NCBI GenBank assembly: GCA_048617235.1
Contig: JBMCHT010000003.1
Coordinates: forward strand, 81,958-145,957
Source of the DNA: Patescibacteria group bacterium
GTDB lineage: Bacteria; Patescibacteriota; Minisyncoccia; Phycocordibacterales; XYD1-FULL-46-19
DNA: 64,000 bases
Direction: 5' to 3'
Shown here: positions 57,810 through 64,000 of the stretch, one piece after another
Numbering within the stretch: the first letter of the stretch is position 1
Layout: each line of letters begins with the position of its first letter
The notes under the pieces: model-generated
The model's database searches: none
What the model saw: the letters and a program-made list of their open reading frames with translations, nothing else
What the model was told of the DNA's origin: nothing
Made by a program: the position numbers and the translations under genes

Positions 57810-57903
57810 TATAAAAGATAATAACTCATTTTATCTTAATTTCCCAGTATTGCTTTTTAATTTAAGTTCTGTTACTATGTGGCGGTAATAAATTTTAAAG
57901 ATT

Positions 57904-58167
57904 ATGCCTATAACAAAATCTGCTAAAAAAGAAATGAGAGGGTCAACCAGACGTAAGGTTTTTAATGATCGTCGCCGAACAGTTATGAAAGAAATGGTTA
58001 AAAAGGTTCGTAAATTAGTGGAAACCGGTCAAGTAGATCAAGCTAAAGAATTAATCCCAAAAACTTATAAAGCGATAGATAAGTCTGCTAAAAAAGGAGT
58101 CATTAAAGCTAATACAGCTGATCGTAAAAAATCTCGTTTAGCTAAACTGGTTAGTAAAAATTCTTAG
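57904..58167 (+). CDS. rpsT: 30S ribosomal protein S20
   Basis: MPITKSAKK...IDKSAKKGVIKANTADRKKSRL; promoter TTGCTT-N17-TACTAT at 57850-57878. Confidence 0.97.
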   Translation: MPITKSAKKEMRGSTRRKVFNDRRRTVMKEMVKKVRKLVETGQVDQAKELIPKTYKAIDKSAKKGVIKANTADRKKSRLAKLVSKNS

Positions 58168-58247
58168 TTTAAGAACAAAAAACATCGCCTAAAAAATGGT
58201 GTTTTTTGCTATTTAGATTTTAATATCTTCTATTTGTTTTATTCATG

Positions 58248-58319
58248 TCCCCTCGGCAGGAATCGAACCTGCATTACAAGCTCCGCAAGCCTGCGTTCTA
58301 TCCATTAAACTACGAGGGG
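58248..58319 (-). tRNA. tRNA-Arg(GCG), no encoded CCA
   Basis: CCCCTCG-TAGTTTAATGGATAGAAC-GCAGGC-TTGCGGA-GCTTG...GGTTCGATTCC-CGAGGGG-A. Confidence 0.93.
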
Positions 58320-58359
58320 TATATATTTAAGTTCTCAATTTGTTTATAGCACAAAAAAA

Positions 58360-58896
58360 TTAAAAACCCAAAAATCTTAATAATTCTTCCGCTAATGACA
58401 ATCGGAATTCTTCCTCCGGAATAAATTCGGATAGAATCTCTTTTATCTCCATCGGATCAATATCTGAAGGTAGGGTTAAGATGATGTGAGGTAAAAATAA
58501 CCTATCTATGTGAATAGACATTCTGGTTGTGTCTTCTTCCTCTTCTAAAGCGAAAGCTTGAATATTTTTAAATAAATATAAATTAGAATCTATTAAAATA
58601 CCATTTTCAGTTATAGCAAAATCTATTATTCGAGGTGGGGTTAAAGCCATAAAAATAAGAGAGGCGAATCCGATGGCTAAAATCAGGGCTAGTAAAAAAT
58701 TAGCCAAGACTATGGTAATAATTACTCCTAAAATTACCGCTAAGCCGACTAACCAAACCCAATTTTTACTTTTTTCTTGATGTTCATATTCCGGTCCTTG
58801 CCATTTTATTATTATTTCACCTGTTAGGTTTTTTTTATTTTTCAATAGGTCTTTCGATGTCTCCAAACCGGGTTCATTTTCTAAATATTCTTGCAT
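58360..58896 (-). CDS. Conserved CPR membrane protein (2 TM + PH-like domain)
   Basis: WQGPEYEHQEKS..W, two TMs, ITENGI.ID..LY.F. Confidence 0.75.
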   Translation of the reverse strand: MQEYLENEPGLETSKDLLKNKKNLTGEIIIKWQGPEYEHQEKSKNWVWLVGLAVILGVIITIVLANFLLALILAIGFASLIFMALTPPRIIDFAITENGILIDSNLYLFKNIQAFALEEEEDTTRMSIHIDRLFLPHIILTLPSDIDPMEIKEILSEFIPEEEFRLSLAEELLRFLGF

Positions 58897-58914
58897 ATTA
58901 GTTGAAAATTAAAA

Positions 58915-59961
58915 TTATTTTACTAAATGAATAGTTTGAGTGGGGAAGGCCATGTCTACCTTTATTTTTTCAAGACTGTCTTTTAATCGAAGATTAATTT
59001 CTTGTTGAGCATTCATATAATCATTATAATCGGCTGAGGCAGTATAATAAACAGTTTCAAAATCTAGAGATGATTCCTCAAATTTAAAAAAATGAGACCT
59101 GTCAAACCTGACTCCATCTATTGAATTTATTATTTCCTCAACTAATTCAGGAATTTGGCGTAATTTTTTTGTCGGAGTGTCATAGGTAACTCCAAAATGA
59201 AAAACTATTCGTCTTTCGGCCATTTTTTTAAAATTCTGAATTTGAGCATTGGTTAACTCTTGATTAGAGATAACTATTTCCTCTCCTTGGAGGGAACGAA
59301 GACGAGTAGTTTTGATGCCAATTTTTTCAACAGTCCCTAATTTGTCTCCAATAATAATAAAATCTCCAGCCACAAAAGGTTTGTCAAAGAAGATAGCAAA
59401 AGAAGAAAATAAATCGCTTAAAATATTTTGGAGTGCCAGAGCTACCGCTATGCCACCGATACCTAAACCGGCCATAGCTGAAGTTACATTAACGCCCATA
59501 TTAGATAAAACAAAAAGTGCGCCTAAAACCCATAAAGAGGCTTTGGCAATTTTGGTCAGAATACCTAAAGCTTGTTCGGCACTAGGGTCTTCGGTTTTTA
59601 TTTTTTTATTGACAATATAATCAATTAAAGTTTGAGCGGCTTTGATGGCTAGAATGACTGCCCAAATTATTAGAATCCAGTTAATAATTTGTGATCCCGG
59701 TTCCGGAAAGTCTAAATTTCGGACAGCTAAATAAAAAGCCAAAAAAACATAAAAACCCGGCCTAATGGAGGTGATGATATTTAAAACGGTATCATCAATA
59801 TCTGTTGGAGTTTTTTCTGCCCATTGTTTTAATTTTCTTAAAATAATACTTTGAATGATTTTGAAAATAATCAAGAAGATTATTAACCAAAGAAGGGCTA
59901 TTAAATAATCCCAAGTGGTGTTATTAAAAAGAGAGTAATCAAAAATGTTTGTTATGGTCAT
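58915..59961 (-). CDS. mscS: Small-conductance mechanosensitive channel
   Basis: AGLGIGGIAVALALQNIL.D, DKPF..GDFI, GTVEKIGIKTT, ISNQEL, FPTQT. Confidence 0.93.
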   Translation of the reverse strand: MTITNIFDYSLFNNTTWDYLIALLWLIIFLIIFKIIQSIILRKLKQWAEKTPTDIDDTVLNIITSIRPGFYVFLAFYLAVRNLDFPEPGSQIINWILIIWAVILAIKAAQTLIDYIVNKKIKTEDPSAEQALGILTKIAKASLWVLGALFVLSNMGVNVTSAMAGLGIGGIAVALALQNILSDLFSSFAIFFDKPFVAGDFIIIGDKLGTVEKIGIKTTRLRSLQGEEIVISNQELTNAQIQNFKKMAERRIVFHFGVTYDTPTKKLRQIPELVEEIINSIDGVRFDRSHFFKFEESSLDFETVYYTASADYNDYMNAQQEINLRLKDSLEKIKVDMAFPTQTIHLVK

Positions 59962-59976
59962 TATCGATGTGGTTGA

Positions 59977-60321
59977 TTATTTTTTTGATTGATAATTCTC
60001 AGCTAAAATTTTTTGTAAAATATTAGCCATCAAAGCTCTAAAAGTCATTCTTGATGTTTGAGTAGTTGGTTGAATTCTAACACTATAATCTTCAAATTCT
60101 TCCACAATTTTATCTATCTCTTCTTGAGAGTGATTGCCTGATTTGAAATCATTAATTTGTTTCCACATTGATAAATCTTCTTCAGTTAAGTCTTTAGGGC
60201 AGATTTCTGGCCAGTGAGGATCATTACTTTCTTTTTTTATTTTCGCCATAGAACGCCGAAAATCTTCTAATAAAGAATTTGTTTGACGGTTGTCTTTATC
60301 TTTATCGTTAAAATCTTCCAT
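59977..60321 (-). CDS. Hypothetical protein
   Basis: ORF track; start moved to the ATG 8 nt after TGTTAAAAT. Confidence 0.65.
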   Translation of the reverse strand: MEDFNDKDKDNRQTNSLLEDFRRSMAKIKKESNDPHWPEICPKDLTEEDLSMWKQINDFKSGNHSQEEIDKIVEEFEDYSVRIQPTTQTSRMTFRALMANILQKILAENYQSKK

Positions 60322-60748
60322 ATAGCGTAATTTTAACATCTATTTTGTAATAATAAAAGTTTATTTAGTGATGTGTATGTTCTTTTAATACTTTTTATTA
60401 AATTTAATAAATGTGTCAAAAGTATACAAAGAGAGATGTATGGATGACCTCAATCAATTATTAAGAAAGAACTTAAAATAAGCCAGCTAATCAAATAAAT
60501 CGGTTTAAACTGGAACAGTTGAAATATTTCATTGAGAAGTTCAAGATAGATTTTATGAGAAAAACAGATTTAAAAAGGAAAATATATTTGGAATGATTAT
60601 TATAGCAATCTGGAATATTGCTCTCTAGACAAAAAGCTTTTAATTGAATGTTATATTTATTAGTGATAAAAAGTGTGCCTAAAACAATTTGCAATTTTTA
60701 TTTTATGGTTTATTATATATAGTGTTAATAGTTAATATTAAATTTATT

Positions 60749-61432
60749 ATGACTACAAGTTCAAAAATAGGATTAAGTGTAATTATAATTGCTTTATTAG
60801 TGGCTTTGGGTTGGGTTGTTTACAATAATTTCGGAGATGAATTAATTTCTCCTGAATTTGATTCAACTGATAATTCTGAAGTGGTAGCCGTTGTTAATGG
60901 GGAAAACATTACCCAAAACGAATTAGAGCAAGGAATGGAACAAATGCGTTCTATGATAGAGGCTTATTCTCCTGATCAAGCTTTAAGTGAAGAAGAATTA
61001 AAAGAAACGGTTTTAGATGAATTAATTAGCGGTGTATTGTTGTATCAAGAAGCAAAAAACCAAGGATTAGAATTGGATCAAGCGGAAGTTGAAGCTGAAT
61101 ATGAAGCTATGCTTGAACAGCAAGGAGAAGAACAATTGACAGAATTAATGGCTGAGGCCGGATTAAGCACTGAGGAGTTAAAAGAAGAAATAAGCAGAAA
61201 TTTAACTATCAATGCTTATATTAATTATTTGGGAGAGCAAGAAGGAATAGAAGTAACAGAGGCTGAAGTAGAAGAAATGTATGAACAATTAACAGAAGGA
61301 CAAGAAGAAGCCCCAGCTTTAGAGGAAGTAGCAGAAGAGGTTAGAAGTCAGCTTTTACAAGAAAAATCAAACTTACTTATTTCTGAAATGTTGGAAGAGC
61401 TTAAAAATAATGCTGAGATAGAAATACTCTAG
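60749..61432 (+). CDS. SurA/PrsA N-terminal-domain chaperone-like protein
   Basis: TM anchor; VAVVNGENIT, VLDELI...LLYQEA...G, VTEAEV..Y, LKNNAEIE; no PPIase domain. Confidence 0.85.
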   Translation: MTTSSKIGLSVIIIALLVALGWVVYNNFGDELISPEFDSTDNSEVVAVVNGENITQNELEQGMEQMRSMIEAYSPDQALSEEELKETVLDELISGVLLYQEAKNQGLELDQAEVEAEYEAMLEQQGEEQLTELMAEAGLSTEELKEEISRNLTINAYINYLGEQEGIEVTEAEVEEMYEQLTEGQEEAPALEEVAEEVRSQLLQEKSNLLISEMLEELKNNAEIEIL

Positions 61433-61453
61433 TTTTGTTTAAGAAGCATTAAT

Positions 61454-61486
61454 AATCGATCGGCTATCAGCCGATCGATTTTGTTT
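61454..61486 (+). terminator. Intrinsic terminator
   Basis: AATCGATCGGCT-ATC-AGCCGATCGATT followed by TTGTTT. Confidence 0.8.
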
Positions 61487-61492
61487 AAATAA

Positions 61493-62335
61493 ATGGCTCA
61501 AGATAAATATACAGCAGTTTGGGTGTCTCATTCTTCTATTGGGGATTTTTTAAAATGCCCTCGAGCTTATTATTTAAACAATATATATAAAGATCCGACA
61601 AGCGGTCGGAAAATTGGTTTAGTTAGTCCGGCTATGTCTTTAGGGCAAGCAGTTCATCAAGTTTTAGAAGATTTAATTCAATATCCGGCAGATGAAAGAA
61701 TAAAACAACCATTATTGGATCAATTAGAGACAGTGTGGATATCTGTTTCCGGCCGTCGAGGTGGTTTTGCTGATAAAACTCAAGAAAAGGAATATAAAGA
61801 AAGAGGAAGAGAGATGATAAAACGAGTAATAAAAAATCCCGGACCACTGGCAAACAAAACGGTCAAATTAAAAACCGAAGGAGATATGGATTTACCTCAT
61901 ATCTATTTATCTGAAACCGATAATATTATTTTATGCGGTAAGGTAGATTGGTTGGAATACAGAGAAGAGGATGATAGTGTTAGAATTTTGGATTTTAAAA
62001 CAGGCAAGCACGATGAGAAGGAAGATTCATTGCAATTGCCGATTTATAATTTATTGGTGTCTAATTTGCAACCCAGAAAAATATCCGGGGCTTATTATTG
62101 GTATTTAGATAAAAGCGATCAGCCGGATTTTGTTTCTTTGCCGGATATGAAAGAGGGGAGAGACAGGGTTTTGCAAATAGCCAAAGAAATTAAAACCGCC
62201 AGAGAAAATGAAGATTTTCAATGTCCTCGCGGTGGTTATTGTTTTGCTTGTTCTCCATTTGAAAAGATAATAAACAATCAAGCCGAGTTTGTTGGCAAAG
62301 GTCCTTATAAAAAAGATTTGTATGTGGTGGAGTAG
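61493..62335 (+). CDS. Stand-alone PD-(D/E)XK nuclease (RecB/AddB/Cas4-like, 4-Cys)
   Basis: SHSSI..F..CPR.YY, LG..VH, GKVDW, ILDFKTGK, QLPIY, C-terminal CP...CxxC. Confidence 0.88.
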   Translation: MAQDKYTAVWVSHSSIGDFLKCPRAYYLNNIYKDPTSGRKIGLVSPAMSLGQAVHQVLEDLIQYPADERIKQPLLDQLETVWISVSGRRGGFADKTQEKEYKERGREMIKRVIKNPGPLANKTVKLKTEGDMDLPHIYLSETDNIILCGKVDWLEYREEDDSVRILDFKTGKHDEKEDSLQLPIYNLLVSNLQPRKISGAYYWYLDKSDQPDFVSLPDMKEGRDRVLQIAKEIKTARENEDFQCPRGGYCFACSPFEKIINNQAEFVGKGPYKKDLYVVE

Positions 62336-62507
62336 ATTTAAATAAAGATCTGAGTCCGGTTTTTTAAAAAGTTCTTAAATAATCTAGTATTTTTTCTAAA
62401 ATTTTTGATTCAGTGAGGTTTTAATATTGTTAGGTGGATATGACAATTTAGTGTTAAAATGATAATATTGTATTATAGAGATTTTTATAAGGAATAAATA
62501 TAATATT

Positions 62508-64000
62508 ATGGATAAATCAAAATTTAAAAGTGAAAAGCCACTAAACTCGGAGGAAATATCTTCCAAACAAAGGGAAGATTATCAACATTACCGTGGTCTG
62601 GAAAAAAATGTTCAAAGTGAGAAGTTTGAAGAAAAGAAAAGTTTAAAAAAAAGTGGTGATATATATAAACAAGTTGATAAGGAGAGTGAATTAATTGAAA
62701 CAATAGCAGGCAGAGAACCAGAAGAAGATTCTATTTTAAACAAAGAAATAAAAAGTCCTGCTTCAGCAGAGTCGGAAAAAGAAATGAGTGATTTAAGGGA
62801 GGTTTTAGGTGAATCTCAGATGAAACAATTAGAGAGTGAGGCCTTTTCCAGGTTAATGAATGCTGTTCGAAAAATTAAGAAATTGGAAGGAGCTAAGCAT
62901 CGTTTAAAACAATATGAAGAGGAGTTAATTAGGCGATTATATGAAGATGTCGATTTAAAAGAGTCTTTGTCCGTCAATGAACGAATTAGTTTAGTATCTA
63001 AAAAAATAACTAGAGTCAACGAAGTGCTTAAAAAAATATCTCGAGAAAGCCCCGAGGCTTTTAAAGCATTCCATTTACTCAGATTACGAGATTACAAAAG
63101 ACAGTTTGAAGAAAGTGGTATGATAGAAACACCTTGGATTGAAGATCACTATTCTGAACTAACAAGTCATGTTCGTAAAACAATGGAGGGTAATAACCGT
63201 GTTTGTACACTTCTTGGGCCAACCGGTTCGGGTAAAACAGTTATGGCGGAACGAGTAGCTAAAACTCTCTCCCCTAATGGTGATTATGAGTTTGTCAGCG
63301 CTCATTCTAAAATGGATCCGGATGATCTTCTTTGGAGGCAAGGTATCCAGGTGGAATCTATTACACCTGAGACCGCACCGGAAATTGCAGAAAAAGCTAA
63401 ACAGGCGTTTAGGGAAAATAATCCTAATATGGATGAAGTTGAATTAATTGACCGTGAGAGATATATTGAAGAAGTTGTTAAAAATCAGGCGGGGCAAAAG
63501 GCTTTCAAGACTGAAATTATTCCACAAGCTATAGCTCGAGCTGCCAGTGAAGGCAAGGTGGTTGTAGTAGATGAATTCAATTATCTACCACCACAAACTT
63601 TAGCGGCTCTTAATAAATTATTGGATGCTAAAGCTGAAAAGAGAGCCGGGGAAAAAGTTAAGGTGGATATAGATGATGAATCCGGACAAACTCAATCCTA
63701 TGAGGTTACTGAAGGTTTTGGAGTTATTTTGACGGGTAATATAGGTTCGGAGTATTTAGGTCGCAACCAAAAACTTGATCCGGCTTTGTATAGCCGTATT
63801 TTATCAGGCGTTATACAGTATGATCATCCACCCCAAGAATTAAAAGGATCTCTTGAAAATTCAATAAAAACTGATAATGAATTAGCTGAAGGACAAGAGC
63901 CACCACCACGAGAACTTTTTCTTGCTTCTCTTGTTCAGTTAATTGACGAAAAAGGAAATTTAAGTGCGCCGATTGGGGCAATGGAAGATATTTGGCATTT
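62508..64000 (+). CDS. Partial large AAA+ ATPase (MoxR/dynein-related, AAA_5-like), runs off the window
   Basis: Hand translation from ATG 62508 is open to the edge: LLGPTGSGKT, VVVVDEFN..PP..L..LN.LL, GFGVILTGN, LDPALYSR. Missing from the ORF track. Confidence 0.85.
   Translation, partial: MDKSKFKSEKPLNSEEISSKQREDYQHYRGLEKNVQSEKFEEKKSLKKSGDIYKQVDKESELIETIAGREPEEDSILNKEIKSPASAESEKEMSDLREVLGESQMKQLESEAFSRLMNAVRKIKKLEGAKHRLKQYEEELIRRLYEDVDLKESLSVNERISLVSKKITRVNEVLKKISRESPEAFKAFHLLRLRDYKRQFEESGMIETPWIEDHYSELTSHVRKTMEGNNRVCTLLGPTGSGKTVMAERVAKTLSPNGDYEFVSAHSKMDPDDLLWRQGIQVESITPETAPEIAEKAKQAFRENNPNMDEVELIDRERYIEEVVKNQAGQKAFKTEIIPQAIARAASEGKVVVVDEFNYLPPQTLAALNKLLDAKAEKRAGEKVKVDIDDESGQTQSYEVTEGFGVILTGNIGSEYLGRNQKLDPALYSRILSGVIQYDHPPQELKGSLENSIKTDNELAEGQEPPPRELFLASLVQLIDEKGNLSAPIGAMEDIWH

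Noticed and set aside
60340-60745. 400-bp gap with a 67-aa antisense ORF and short broken + strand frames
   Set aside because: No recognisable motif, repeat or structure; it may be a decayed gene but I cannot support a call.
61493-62335. Cas4 indicating a CRISPR-Cas locus
   Set aside because: No repeat-spacer array or other cas gene in the window.
5553-63341. Remaining 60-125 aa ORFs overlapping identified genes (e.g. 5553, 7349, 11224, 33133, 43034, 59312, 62816, 63159)
   Set aside because: Shadow frames of well-supported genes with no motifs or independent expression signals.
1-64000. Alternative genetic code (TGA=Gly) as in Gracilibacteria/Absconditabacteria
   Set aside because: Conserved genes translate full length under code 11 and TGA serves as stop (ruvA, pcrA, udg).

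Overview
AT-rich chromosomal segment of a Patescibacteria/CPR (Parcubacteria-like) bacterium, standard code 11. It spans the replication origin (yidC-rnpA-rpmH <- -> dnaA-oriC-dnaN). Left of oriC: four tRNAs, cca, a Xer recombinase, rpsO-NYN-pnp, two low-complexity paralogues, DksA-like, ComM, LOG, LysM/M23, a VirD4-like ATPase, PcrA, RsmA and the chromosomal CPR T4SS-like cluster (VirB5-like, VirB6-like, PrgI, VirB4, pilin). Right of oriC: class A PBP, ruvC-yebC-ruvB, PilB, tsaE, polA, base-excision repair genes, two more tRNAs, rpsT, MscS, a PD-(D/E)XK nuclease and a truncated AAA+ ATPase. No CRISPR array, IS or prophage was seen. Best leads: (1) an unannotated ~200-nt four-way-junction ncRNA with its own promoter at 47.2 kb; (2) a pilin-amidase fusion with a candidate immunity gene in the T4SS-like operon; (3) an array of asymmetric parS-variant sites at 1.2-1.9 kb; (4) strong CCGG over-representation; (5) perfect DnaA boxes 15-18 nt upstream of three predicted promoters; (6) a 23-aa acidic micropeptide with its own transcription signals; (7) a tRNA-Leu 3'-end duplication enclosing a structured 150-bp element; (8) pervasive leaderless gene starts. 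All calls come from reading the sequence and recalled family motifs; no database search or folding program was run.
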